64,000 nucleotides of DNA from NCBI GenBank assembly GCA_024679065.1, contig JAGIQG010000009.1, positions 42,470,001-42,534,000 of the forward strand. Reading direction: 5' to 3'. The notes beneath the pieces are model-generated. The model did no database searches. It was not told the DNA's origin and was given only the letters and a program-made list of their open reading frames with translations. The number at the start of each line of letters is the position of its first letter. Position 1 is the first letter of the stretch. The DNA is from Sphyrna mokarran (lineage: Eukaryota). Shown here one piece after another: positions 27,991 to 41,549 of the stretch. Made by a program: the position numbers and the translations under genes.

Positions 27991-28319
27991 TGCACAATAT
28001 TATATTTTGTACATAAAAACTCTGATGTTAACCAATTCATATGGATTGTTACACTTATTGGGGAGTTTGCAATAATGGATGAATTGTGGGGATAATAAAT
28101 TTAAGAGTGAGTTTTAGATTGTAGTCCTATTGATCAATAATACTCAATACAAACTTTAAAAGAAGTCTTGAACTTCCTCAAAACATTTTTCATTTAGATT
28201 TGCATGCATTCCAAATGATCTAGATTGCAATGAGTAATCTACTGCAATCCTTAGGCTGATTTGTAGAACAAATTCTCCCTAAATTGTCTCAAATTTGGTT
28301 CTAATGCATAGTTCTATAA

Positions 28320-28420
28320 ACATAGACAGGGATGACAGGGATCATGGGTAGAAGTGGGAACATCGAGGTGGCGATGCAGACTCATTGGGCCAAAGGGCCT
28401 GTTTCTCGTGCTATTTTGTT
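28320..28420 (+). mobile_element. CR1/HER1 3' tail fragment
   Basis: gcagactcattgggccaaagggcctgtttctcgtgct, the same tail as the other CR1 copies and the HE1 SINEs. Confidence 0.6.
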
Positions 28421-28516
28421 TTTTGTTCTTTAATATTAAAGCATCACTCTGAAAGGGCCAAACTGCAAAGCAGTTGGTATTTGGATAGGGATATTGAGAA
28501 TTACAAAGCATCAAAT

Positions 28517-28836
28517 GGTGGCATGGTCACACAGCAGTTAGCACTGCTGCCTCATAGCACCAAGATCCCAGGTTCAATTCCAACCTTGGGTCACTATCCG
28601 AGTGGAGTGTGCCCATCCTCCATGGGTTTCCTCGGGGTGCTCCAGTTTCCTCCTGCAGTCCAAAGATGTGCAGGTTAGGTGGATTAGCTATGATAAAATT
28701 GACTCTAGTGTCAGGGAAATTGGCAGGGTAAATGTGTGGGGTTGCACTAAAAGGGCCTGGGTGGGATAGTGGTCAGTACAGATTTGATAGACCAAATGGT
28801 CTCCTTCTGTACAGTAGGGATTTTATGATTCTATGA
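28517..28836 (+). mobile_element. HE1 SINE (tRNA-derived V-SINE of elasmobranchs), full length
   Basis: tRNA-like head ggcatggtcacacagcagttagcactgctgcctca...GGTTCAATTCC; V-domain gggtttcctcggggtgctccagtttcctcc...ccaaagatgtgcaggttaggtggatt; LINE-derived tail ending (attctatg)n. Confidence 0.9.
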
Positions 28837-31800
28837 TGATAATAGATTACATCATTAAAGTCAAAAGTAGTTCCTGTCTGTCATCTGAACTCTAAGATTA
28901 GACTTTTTACCTAGAGTCATGTACAATAAATACACATTTACAAATGTTTAATCTTTAGAAAGATATTAATCAAAAAATGTTGCTATGAAGGACCTAAAGG
29001 AAAACTGATTTTATGGTATGTAGCCAAAAGGACAGTGATGTATGATTTGAAGTAATTTTTTTAACCCACGTTAATGTATTAAATATATTTTAAAATCATA
29101 CTTTTATAATACCACATGCTGGCATTCTCCAAAAAAATGTCCCAGCTTTCTTCTGTTCTCTGTACCACACTGTGTCAGGATATTACAATGGTACAGTAGC
29201 ACAGCCCACACTCTCCTACCTGAAAACACAGTGGTAAAAATGCAGCAAATTATCACAACGGTAACTAGTATTCAGTGGTACTTCCAGCCTTTGATACAGA
29301 ACACTTTAAAAGATAATTAATTATAGGTCCAAATAGGTAAAAGCATGTGGCAAAGTGGACTGTTGACAGTTTCCCACTTGAACCAATGTAGACAAATGAA
29401 AGAGGAAATGTCCTTTTAAAATGTAGCTGTGCAACTATAAGGACCTAGAACTTTGGCATTATGCACTTTAAATAAAAAAGGTGCACATTTGAATCAGCTC
29501 CACTTCTCTCGCGCTCTCATATATAACATACTTAACTAACAGCCAGGTGTAAATTATCACTATGACCCTCATTAGGAAACTATTATCACAATCTTTTGTA
29601 CAGTTTTTTTGGTAAAGAAATATTAACTAATGAATCACCAGCTTTTATACTTTTTTTAGAAGGATATCAACAGGATTGTTGTCATCTGTAATGTTCTTCT
29701 TAATTTGGTCCAATGAGTATTGAAACTCCCTCAAGGGAACAAATTTCTTACGTTCGATCGACAAATCTCATTCTCTTTTTTTATTTAGCAGCCATAAGGC
29801 AGTTTATTTTACCACTTTTTCTACCATCTGTACCAAGTTTCCCCACAGACCGTTGCAGCTGTCCAGTGTAATGTGTTCAGTTCCTTTTATTTTCTGTCCA
29901 AATAGCTCGTAAACAATTCAGCAATATTTATAACTGTTGTGTCCCTTTTGTTCTGACAACGCAAGGAGAGACTGGCCCTGTTCTTTTTAATAAAATATCA
30001 CCCATCATGCAGAATATTGTCATAATATGTTGATACAGAGTGATAGAAATTTGGATTTAAAATACCTTAAAAAACTATGCAAATATATCATTAATTATTA
30101 AAACTCAAAAACAAAATGGAAATGCACAAGAATGAAACTCCACAACAGAAGGCCACCATATGTCCTGTTTGTTTCAAAACATAAAAACATGAGATATGAT
30201 GGCATGTCAACAGTTTTGCCCATCATTGCTAGCTGTAACTTTTACTTTATACCTAGTCAATGTTTCCTATTTGAAGTTATATGTATCACCTATCCATTTT
30301 CTGCTTTTCTAGTATCTGTGAAAATATTTTTCAACTAATCATACAATGTATAAACTGTGCAGTGGAAAGGATGCATCTTCTCAGAATGGAAGCCTTTGTA
30401 AACACTGCAGGGTTACTTTGCCTCCCCAGCTGATGATCAAATGTAGGAAATGTTGCACAGACAAATATTATGTAAAGTACAACTAACTTATTTTCCTTAC
30501 CATGCAGCTCATTTATCTCACATCAACAATGGTTGCACTCACATGTCCGATTATGGGTCGGATTTTGCAGTTCTAATGACAGCAGGATCGTCATTGTCAC
30601 TACCCTGTGAAATTGACCACAATTTTTGGCATCCACACATACACACATAGAATTAAATGCAAATCACTCAGAAGTTGCTATCAATAATTCCTCTCACCTC
30701 CATAGAAGTCTTCACAAATTGAAGTCTTAAAAATTACTTGATTGGGCATGAATTTGTGCTTTTTACATTAGTCTCACTGTTAAAAACCCTAACTCTGGAA
30801 AAATCTATATCTTGTTGATTGTGGTACAACTTGCATTTTAACTGTGTACTAAAGCAATTTCTTTGATGAGTAAAATGTTTTTCTGAATTCCTATCAAATT
30901 TCACCATTGTTAAAACATTCCATAGATTATTAATTTGTTTAAAGTTTATAATGCTTCAGTTTTTATATGTATGACCTAATCATCATTTTGCTGTTTGCAA
31001 AATGAAAAAAGTGAAGGATAAATGAGTGCTTTTAAGATATTAACGTATATTGAATGAACAAAAAGTGGAGGATATTTTGAAAGCCTGAAGAGATCAAGCA
31101 GTATTCAAAAAGCAACAACAGGGATTTGGAGCATAATGAGATCAGACTTAAGTTCCGCAAACCCCAAATCCTGTCAGACTATTAAATTATCGATTAAAAG
31201 GACGTAAACAAAGGAAGATCCATGCAAAACCTTCGGAAAAATTGAATATAAACTTCATCAATTCCTTTTCCCCCCTACATCCCTCTTGTGCAAATGCAGC
31301 AAATTAGGTCTTCAGGTATCTTTACATAAACAATACCAGTGTTTTCTTTGGTCAGATGTGGAACTTAGCGCTTACTTGCTATTGCATTCAATCTGAAGAA
31401 AATGGAATGATGGTATTTACTCTGTGCAATGGTGATCTATGATAAGGCTACTTGAAGTGCCAGCTACGCCAATTTGCAACTTCTAACAATGGCTTAACAC
31501 GACATGATCATGTCACACGGGCAGATTAAAAACATCAATGGCTGCAGAATAACTACAGTACAGTTTAAGTTTTTATCATATGAAGAGATGTCAATAAAAA
31601 TTAGCATTTCACTTGCACTGCAAAAGATGCAAGAATTCTCCTTGTTCCACAATATATGCAGCATTATGCTGAAAAGCCTAGACACAGCAGGGTGCAGATT
31701 TATAAGATGTAAATATCTTCTATGTAAATATGTTCATTATGCCATAAGCCAAATAGAAAGATCACTGAATATGACTGAACTAGACAGAAACTATGAGAGT

Positions 31801-32909
31801 CACCTCAAAGTGCTAAAATTTTCCCATCCATATATACACTGAGAATGAAAGACTGACAGGAGAAACGATTGGGTACGGGGGTGGTGTTGGAAGAATTGAC
31901 GCAGGAAATACATCTTGCGTCAAAAACTGGGAAAGATACATATGGATAACAAAATATACAATATAGTCTTCGTAGCTAGAGCAAATCAAAATTAAAATTG
32001 AAAAAATAATTTTAAAAATTACTAGTCCCTGTTGTACATAAAAATTCTATTTATTATTGAATAGTATGCACCTTATTAAAATAATAGTAATTTGTACATA
32101 ATTTATCATTAGTTATTAACCATTAGCATTTACAATATACTTGCTACTTCATTTTGGGTAAAACAGGAATTGAAGAGATCCATATAGGCTGGTGCTTTGA
32201 GAGAGGGGCCATTCAGACATAAGATATGGAAAAAATGTCCCAGAATAGCAAAATCTTTAGATCACTTAACAGAACACCAACTGGCAGAAAAGCAACAGAC
32301 AGTTGCTGACTTTGTCAGCAAATGGCTGATGTGCTTTACCAAATCTACTCAGCTTGATTGCATAATGCTACATTTACAATAGTACTAACAGACTACATAC
32401 CAACATGGATATCCCTAATGGGCAGATTCAGCAGATGCATACCTTGCTTTAGCAGGTTTCATTGATGATGGTGAGATGGAAGGTCAACATTTGTTTGCTT
32501 AGCTGACATTTACCTTACAATATTTAGGCATACCTTCTGGTTTGTGTGTTGGTGCTGAGAGAAGACCATGTAGAGGATCCAGCAACAAGTGCAGCCTTTC
32601 CAAAGCTCAGTAAGCACAGTATGGACTCTCTTTCTTGAGTGGCATATCTTCTGTGGTTGCCGTTGGTTTCTCCTCACCAAAGGACTTAATTTCACACTGT
32701 CCACTTCATACCACCACAGCCTTAGGGCATAATTTGGAAAAACTAGAAGATTTCAGTAGAGGCACGAAGAAGGAAGGTCTAGAAATGACATGTGACTAAA
32801 AATGCAATGAAATGCAGGATTGCTGTTGAGGTGCAGAACAAGCTATACAATTAAAGTGCAGTTGAGGAATATGGACATATAACTTTGTTCGCAAGTAAAT
32901 ATATTTACA

Positions 32910-33425
32910 GCAACAACTTACATGTACATAACATCTTTAAATGTCATAAGCAATTGAAGACATTTGAGAGAAGTATTATCAAACAACATTTGTCATTGTG
33001 TTTCAAAAGGAGGTATTTGGCCAGATAGGTTTGAAGGAGTATCAAAGTTGGAAAAAGTTGGAAGAGGAGCAGCTGAGGGCAGGTGTTCCAAATGTTATGA
33101 CACAGGCAACAGGAAGCATAGTCAGCAGTTGCTGGGCAATTAAAATCAGGGATGCAAAATGGCAGAGTTAGAGGAACGCTGATATTTTAGAGGGTTGTAC
33201 GTTCGAAGAAAGTTACAGAAATAGATGAAGCTATGAAGGGATTTGAAAATACACATGAGAATTTTAACATTAAGATGCTGTTTAACCAGTACCCAGCTGA
33301 GGAATGATGAGGTGAACAAAACTTGGAGCACATTAGGATAAAAGCAGCAAAGATCTGAACTATCTTTGATTTATGGAGGTAAAAGATGGGAAGCTGGCAA
33401 GGAGAGCACTGGAAAAGTAAAATCA
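32910..33425 (-). mobile_element. L2-clade LINE 3' fragment
   Basis: VKQHLNVKILMCIFKSLH...YFCNFLRTYNPLKYQRSSNS resembles the L2 ORF2 C-terminus; ends with aagttgttg like 42430-42443. Confidence 0.75.
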
Positions 33426-33437
33426 TTAGATAACAAG

Positions 33438-33730
33438 ATGGGGGCAGGGTTACTTTGCACCCATGATCGCAGTGAGTGTAAACAGCAATGCTGGCACAAA
33501 ATCTCATGACAGTCAGGAAACGAGATTCTCGTTGGCGATGTTACAAGGTTCCCATCCCTCATTTAAATACATTGTAATGAATCTGCATATCATTAAATAG
33601 CCTTCCCGTCATATGATTCCCTGCATGGAATAATCAAATCTCGCTGACATAACTTTCTTGGCAAGGTTCACAACAGTTTTACGACAACAGGAAATAGTTG
33701 TGAGGATTCAGCCAGGAACATCAAGGCAAC
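33438..33730. mobile_element. Decayed GC-richer non-autonomous DNA-element remnant (similar-looking remnants near 10780-11700, 14510-14860, 18000-18620, 35215-35640)
   Basis: GGGC-type starts and recurring ctcatt(t)aaata / cttaattgg / aaaatccagtcc motifs; boundaries approximate. Confidence 0.3.
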
Positions 33731-34200
33731 TATAGTCTCGGGGGGTACAGGAATATGCCTGAGCAGTGCCAAGGACACAGGTTCACATAGTGACATGCAA
33801 GGTTGCCACAGGCAGTGTCAACCTGTACCAGCGACAATGGAAAGGGTGAGCCCCTAGGGAATAAAGTTTTGTTGATGGGGTTCTGCAGATGTTCCAGTTG
33901 TGTATGTGTGGTGGTGGGAAAGGGCACTAATGGCTTTGGACAGGGGACTTGGCAAGACGGCAATGAGGAAAGGAGAAGAAAACTGGGAATGAGGGGGGAA
34001 AGGCAAACCTGGGAGTAGTGGGGCACCTGGCAGTGAAGGAAGGGGAAGGGGCTTGGCAGTAAGCTGCCAAGCCTCTTCCCCTTCCTTCACTGCCAGGAGG
34101 AGGGTAACTTGGCTCTGAGGTGGTGGTGGGGAAGTCAGGGCAGAAAACCTGGGAGTGAAAGAGGGGGGGACCTGGGAGTAAACGGGAGGGCGGGTGACCG

Positions 34201-34285
34201 GGCTCAAAACATCAGCTTTGTTCTCTCTCCATAGATGCTTTCAAGACTGCTGAGATTTTTCAGCATTTTCCATTTCTGCAATCTC
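34201..34285 (+). mobile_element. Penelope-like terminal repeat fragment
   Basis: ctcaaaacatcagctttgttctctctccatagatgct...ctgctgagatttttcagcattttc matches 42695-42760. Confidence 0.6.
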
Positions 34286-34339
34286 TGATAATACTCAATG
34301 AGACAGAATTAATCAATAAATTAATCACAATGGAGCCTG

Positions 34340-35215
34340 CAGATGTCAACAATCACAACATGATAGAATTTCACATTAAATTTGAGGGTGAAGTGAGAAG
34401 TGTAGGTCTAAAACAATGTTTTAAATCTAAATAAAATTAATAACGATGTGTCGACAGAGTTGGCAAGTCAAATGGAAAACTAGGTTAAATAGGGAAGAAA
34501 GTATTGTTGAAGTGCTATTAGCTTATTAAAAAAAAGTAAACTCAATACACCATTTTTGTTTTATTTATTCAACTGCAAAAAATGCTTTAATGGCCGAGTG
34601 CATTGTGTTGTGTTTGTACAGTATTTATATAGTATGTTATAAATGACAAAATGTAAGTTTTGTGGGTGCACATAAAATAATTACTATTTTTAAACTAATG
34701 ACCGTATGATTTTATGTTTTACTAGAGGTGAACCAGAGACAAATTTCCACTCTCGCATGAACAATTAAATTCTTTTCTATTTTTCACGTTGGCACCTGTA
34801 ACTAATGGAGTGCTAGGGCCTGAACTATTGACAATCTATGTCAATGAATTGGATGAAGGAACCAACCGCATGATAGTTAAATTTGCTGATGGCAGATTAT
34901 TTTCCTACCTACTTTGCTGTCAACAGGAGGGAAAGAGTTTACAAAGGAATGTAGATACGTTTCGTGAATGGGCAAACATTTGGCAGATGGAATACAGAGT
35001 TAGAAAATGTGAATTTGTCCGTTCTGACAGCAAGAATAGAAAAGTAGGATTCTACATAAATTGAGAGATTGCAAAATCCAGTATACTGGATCCTGGTATA
35101 TAAATCATGAAAACTTAATATGCAAGTAGAACAAATAATTAGAAGGCAAATGGAATGTTGGCATTCATTGCAAGTATAGTGGAATATAAAAGCGGGAATG
35201 GTTTACTGCAGCTGG
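34340..35215 (+). mobile_element. Decayed, internally deleted/interrupted CR1 LINE
   Basis: HNMIEF-like endonuclease end near 34352; GVLGPELLTIYVNELDEG..IVKFADG and WANIWQMEY..KCE from 34789; unrelated sequence between ~34500 and 34790. Confidence 0.75.
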
Positions 35216-36589
35216 GACCATTTTAATTGCCTGGAGCTGGCCTCCCAGAGGCAGACTGGTGAACTAGCATTTTCAGAGAGCTTAGGAAGCCTATGCCTGC
35301 CTACCTCGGTGCTGCAAGAGCCACAGGCTGCCCTGTGAAGGGGCTATCCCCAACCCGTTATAACGTTTGCCTGCCTGCAAAAGCCAATTTTTAATTTAAA
35401 CTTCAAAAGCGTTGGAGAGACGATGCCTCCATTTCAAAGCATCTCTCCCTTATTTGTCTTTCAAAATGGGAGGTTTCTGATTGGTCATTCAGCTTCAACA
35501 GCCCATCTGCCATCCTTAATTGGACTGAAAACCCACATTCAACCATTAACTATGTTTTTTTTCCCTGTGGTAGCCAATGAGTGATCACTTTCCACGAAGT
35601 GTGATGGTAGGGTTCAAAAGACTGCAGGGAAAATCCAGTCCTGGAATCTGCACATGCACAGTTAAACAGGGAAATCAGAAATGACTGTCTACGTTTCGCC
35701 ATAGGGCGTGCTGTTTAACCTCCAAGGACTGCAGTCAAGTAGAAATCAATGAACTACTGAGGCCTTACACTTTTATGCCATTAAATTCACTGTGAAAAAA
35801 ACTTGGTTACAGTTATATCTTTTGATCAAAATACAATTGAGTCTTTAACAGTGTATCATGTTCATAAAAGAATGACGTCTTCAGCCCAGAATTGTTTTTA
35901 TTTGTGGAATGTCAAATTTATTCATTATGATTATATTTTCAAATATTTTTAAAATTCAAGTTTGTTTATCATGTATATGCTCCAATCTTTAAATTTTGCT
36001 GTCTATAAAATGGTATTAAAAAGTGAAGGATCATCAGTATGTTTTACTTGCTGGTTTGCTATCTGTGAAAAAACTAACAACTTACCCTACCTGATGACAT
36101 ACTTTTTGGTAGATGTCTGGAAATGCCTTTGGCTTAGTATCAATGAAAATTAACACTGCAAAGATGAAATCCTAATCCAAGCGATCACCACAAGATCTTT
36201 AAGGGCAGAAGCAATTACCATCTGTTGACCGGAAAATCAGGGCCACTACAAAGCATTTCCAAAACACGAAGCTAAATGGGTGAAACTGCTATAAGAATGT
36301 ATATTTCATACTTACCAAACTTCTGAGCCTCTGGGAAAGTGCATACTGCCTTGTACAGTAGATGGAATTGTTTGGTGATCAAATACTTAGATTAAATAGG
36401 TACTTTGCACAATCTATTCTATTTTCTCCTCCTTTGTCAGACATTTGATGTCATTGCTCAATTTTAATAAATTCTGTAGCATCCAACCTTTGTTTTCAAA
36501 ACGAAATATTATTCTTATGTCATTTATTATCACCAGCATGCTCTACATGACACTTATAAGAATATATTAGCAAACATAAAAGAAATAAT

Positions 36590-36985
36590 TTGAACTTGTG
36601 CAATGCCCTTCACATTCTCAGAATGTCCCAAAGTATGTCGGTCAACAAAACGTTTTGAGAACTGTTATAATTTAGAAAATGCAACAGCCAATTTCCACAC
36701 AGTAAGTTCCCCCAAAATACAATGAGATATCGACCAGATAATGTACTTCCAGTGACATTAATTGAAGGATTTATGTTGGCCACAACATTAGAAAAACTGT
36801 GGCTGAAAAGAAAAAATGCTGGAAATATCTTTAACAGAAGTAATTGACCTGAAACATTAACTTTATTTCTTTCTTCACAGATCTGCCTGACCTACTGAGT
36901 ATTTTCTATATTTTCTATTTGTTCAGAATTCCTGCATCTATGATATTTTGCTTTTGTACCAGGAAAAACGCTGCTGTTCTTCACC
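36590..36985 (-). mobile_element. Deu-domain SINE 3' half interrupted by a Penelope-like terminal element (~36800-36957)
   Basis: gcaacagccaatttccacacagtaagttccc...caatgagatatcgaccagataat...ttgaaggatttatgttggcca is the reverse Deu tail; it resumes caggaaaaacgctgctgttcttca after the insert. Confidence 0.6.
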
Positions 36986-37435
36986 TTTTGCTCATTGAGT
37001 TTGATTGTCCACTTTAATTCGCCCTATAAGTAAGTGTACTTACTGCTCCATTACTCTCTATAGTGTCGCAACACTCATTACAACAACCCTGAGGTAAATT
37101 GTCCACTGAAGCTCCTATACAAGGGTTCCTGGATAAAATTCATGAAATGTGTGCTTCTGTTACATTTTCTTTGAGTCGTCTGATATCAATTCAAACAGAG
37201 GGGAAGAATAAGGAGGAACAAGTTATTAGCTCAGGAAAGAAGCGATATGTATTGTTGCTCATAACTAAATTAATTCAACACTTAAGAGTTGTCTGATATA
37301 CTGTAGTTGTCCAGTTTTTCATTAGCTTAATTCTATTCTCCTGGCAAAGCTGTCTGTCTCTTTGTTTTCACCAACTAAGTCAAATATCCCATCTCTAGAC
37401 ATCCAGCATGCTAATCAGAATTGGGCACAGAGGGA

Positions 37436-38310
37436 AGAGAATAAGAAACCATAGCAGGAGTAAGCGAGTCATCCCTTTGAGTCAGCTCTGCCATTCAATA
37501 AAAGCATGACTACAATTCTATTACAATTCCATCTTCCTGCATTATTCTTATATCCAGTAATTCCCTTGTTACCTAAAAACACATCAATTTCTGTCTTGAA
37601 TATACTCAAAGACTAATCATTGGCAATTCTGTGTGCTAAAGAATTCCAAAGATTCACAACACTGAGTAAATAAATTTCTCTTCATCTCAGTCCTAATGAT
37701 CAATGCCTTATTCTGAGATTGTGGGTGCATGTTCTAGATAGCCTCTCAGCCCCTATCCTATCAAGTCCTTTAAGAATTTTATGTTTCAATAAGATAACCT
37801 ACCATTCTACTAAATTTAAGGAATTACAGGTTTAGTGTACACAATCTCTTTACATGGGACAATGTTTTCATTCCAGGAATTTTCCGGCGAACTTTTTTTG
37901 TAATCACTCCAAGTATATTCCACATTCTAGCCAAGGAGAGAAAGGAGACCAAAATCATACATAGTATCATATGTAAAGCCTCATCAAAACCACTCTATAA
38001 TTGTAAAATTGCATCTTTGTACTTAAATTCCAATCCTTTTGAAATAAAAGTTAATATACCCATTTGCCTTCCTAAATGTTTGCTATGCCTACATGTTAAC
38101 TTTTGTGATTTTTGTACAAGGACTCCAAAGTCTCTCTGAATACCAACATTTCCCATTCTCACTCCATTTTAAAAATATTCTGCATTTTTATTTTCTCAAA
38201 CAAAGTGAGAAACGGAACTTCATAATTGCTTACATTATATTTCATCTTCCAATTTGCAGTCCATTCTCTCAACCAGCCTAAATTCTTTTGCAGCCCTTTT
38301 GTATCCTTCT
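37436..38310 (-). mobile_element. Old CR1 LINE 3' fragment
   Basis: 3' tail ataagaaaccatagcaggagtaag...ctctgccattcaataaaagcatg; gaattccaaagattcacaac...aaatttctcttcatctcagtcctaa; ccatttgccttcctaa; ctccattttaaaaatattctg, all typical reversed CR1 ORF2/tail. Confidence 0.75.
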
Positions 38311-41300
38311 TTCACAAGATTAGGAAAAAAAGTTAGGTATCATCAGCAAACATGTCCGCACCCCCTGCCCTCGACACTTCTAATTAAGGTCAGGAAGTTG
38401 CCATTAGATATTATGCAGAGTATGAGAAAATGAATGTGCTGCACTATTGACAGCACTTCAAACTCTTTTGAGAAACCCAAATCAGTATGCAGTATAGCTT
38501 GGAAAGAGTTAATGCTAATAATGGACCCAAATCTCAATCATGCAGTCCACTGCAGATCTGTAAAGCGATCCTTAATTCTGAAGTCTTTTGGAGTGCATGA
38601 AACACAATGTACCAATGCTCTCTTCCCAACTGCCAGCAGCTGCGGGCACTCCATTGCATTGTGGGATGCCAAGGCAGTTTTTTAAACCCAAGTCTCAGAG
38701 TGTTGTACATTACAGAGCAAGTAGAGGCTCTATTTCTTCTGTTGATTGAGTTTTACAGTGTATTGATTGTTCTGACTGCAACCATCAAATTGTATATGCA
38801 GCAGTATCTGCCCAACTCTAAATGAAAGGACAAGGCATTTAGCAGCTCCATCTGCCAGAGTGCTTCTTTTTAAACATGCACAATACTGAATAGATCAGGA
38901 TTGGGGCTTCATCATGAACCTGTTTTAGTTTGCTGGTAGAAGTTGAAAAGCAGCTTGTAGTCACTGTTGCTACTGACTAAACAGATGGAGTGACTAAATG
39001 CTTTACTGTTTCATGCTTTGATTTAAAGTTAGGTACAGCATTTAATAGTACCATGATGCTGACAGTTCTAGATAAATCCCTTTAATTTGAGTACAAAGAA
39101 ACTATTTTGATAAAGATCAGATAACTTGGGGAAAAGTACATTACTTAAAAATGCTTCCAGGACATGTACTCTTACACCAATAACTTAATTGATAAAATAA
39201 TTTTCTATACATGCTTTTAAAATATGTTCAAGTTATTTTACTATGTAGAGTATTTATAAACACATTTTGTATATATATAACACAATCTTTAATTCTTTCT
39301 TCATCTGTTAAATGTTCAGCATAATTGTCCTTACAACTAAGCCTTGAACTACTTCAAGAGACTGACAGGTAAAATGCTATTTTTTTCTATTTTGGAACAG
39401 AATACTCACTAAATGGAGACATTCTTAATAATCAGGACGATATCAAGCAATTGGACAATTTATGCTCAAATTCAAAACAATGTTAATAGAAAATGTACTG
39501 TGACCACTGCAGAAAACTTGCACCCAATGACGACTGAAACTGTACTCTCATTTGAAAGTACAGTTGCCAAATGAAGATAAAGCTTTCTCATATAAAACTG
39601 GAAGCATTATAGTTGCACTTCAAAAGATTTAAGGGATTGGCAGCGGTAGTTTACTTTACAAGTACAAAAGATCCTAATTCATGAATATCAGAGGCATGAG
39701 TGAATTAACAGGGCTTCTCAAACATGAAACATAGCCTCCAGTTGTTGCCTTTCCTCACCTGCACACCCCATCTCACAAGGAGTAGTGTCCCCAAGTATCA
39801 TAGAAGAATGCAAGACAATGAATGGCACTTCCTTTGCAACTGATGCTATTGTGACATGACTTGGCATTGCATATTATGGTTGATACTTAAAACATAATGT
39901 ATAGTGGTGGAGAAGGTGGCAAGAACAAATATTTTAAAAATCTTATATAAAAGTAGCCTATTTGTTTTTGAATGCACGGTTCAGGAAGTTTATCAATTCA
40001 GCAAAAGATCTCAAAAATGTTCAGATTTTAATAAAGCAAAACAGACTTAAAGTCAGTAAAATAATATAATTCTGTCATTAGTGATTTTATTGTTATGGAT
40101 GGTAAAATAATGATAGGTCAATTAACATACATTCCATAAACATAAAACATATCACCATCCTAGAATGCATGATTCTGATCAGAACTGCTACAAGTCAAGA
40201 AGTTCCCATGGCAATACAAACATTCACATTGTTTGACACACCATACAGTAAACTTCAATTAATTCTCCCTCCCCCCACCCCATCTTATCCAAAGAGGTAA
40301 TTAGATGAACACGGCAGTTTCTGGCTAGTTCTCAGCCCTTGCAAAACTACAGATGAACTGTCTGACTACAATTCAAATGCAGTCCTCATCAAGTTCAAGT
40401 ACAATCAAAGTCTGCACAATAAAGGCAGTGCAGTGGCTCGCGTTCTCCTGGCAGGGGCTTAAGACAATGAACGTCTTGTTAGAAGGCATCTGAATACAAA
40501 GAGTCTATTCTCAGCTGTTAGCTGAAGCTGCTATTAAGGAATGAGGAAAAAAAATCTCAACCTATTAAGGTCTGACTAGCTTCAGCCTTTATGCATGCCT
40601 CCCTGAAAAATTTTAATAGAAATACAACCCTTGCTATACCAGAAGAAGTAATGTAAAATTAATCCAGAAAATATAATGTCTCTCCCTACTGAATCGAAGT
40701 TCCGCATCCCATTTGAAAGAAAAGAGAAAATTGCAAATTAAAATCAGAAAAGGTAACTCAATCTAATTTAACTTTTAACTGAGTTTGGCTTTGGATCTGC
40801 TTTTAGAATTTAGTAAACTGAAATGGTCAGCAAGTTTAGAGAATTAAATTTACTAGACACTAATACAAAACATTAAAAAGAAGTTTACTTTATAGGCACC
40901 GGTCATACATTCACAGACAAAGATGTGAATGCAAAATGACAGCAATTAATTAGTTATCCTTTAACCACCTGCATTATGATACAAATTCCAAAGTACATCC
41001 TTACAGGAAAACACTAGATTCATGGGAAAATATATCAGTCATTTGGTAAAGAAAATTTGCAGCATTGAGGTTCCATGAAAGAATATCCATAAGATAATAT
41101 CACTGCTTCATTACCTGATAAATATGACCAGGAATATATCTATACATATATGTACTTAGTAACTACCAAATCAGTTTGCTGAAAGAATAAAAATATCAGC
41201 ATCAATATAATGCAAACTACAAATAAACATGCCAATTAAGTAAAATTAAGCGTCCAATTTTCTATTTTGTCTGAAAGCAGAACCATTTAAATAAAGTTCT

Positions 41301-41549
41301 GGCAAGAGATGATAACTGTGCAAATGATTAAATTTCTATGCCCAAATTATCACCAAAAAACACTCCAGTACTCGATAACCTGAGGTTAGGATGGAATTAA
41401 CTTAAATATATCATGAAGTCAGAGAGATGCAGTTAGCACATCTCAAAGAAGTGTACAAACACAAATATTGAATTTTTTTTTAGATATTCAAAGATATTTA
41501 CGAGATTCATGTACCTTTTTATTCTGGTACTTGAAGAGCAATTTTATGC

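Noticed and set aside
28517-28590. tRNA-like sequences (also 41734, 18820, ~15270)
   Set aside because: They are SINE heads followed by SINE bodies and do not form complete cloverleaves.
33830-34200. G-rich stretch with repeated CCTGGGAGT
   Set aside because: Irregular spacing within a patch of decayed repeats; no consistent unit or coding signal.
41105-41135. TTATCAG|GTAATG as a recursive splice site
   Set aside because: Modest polypyrimidine tract and non-optimal donor; such matches are expected by chance in 56 kb.
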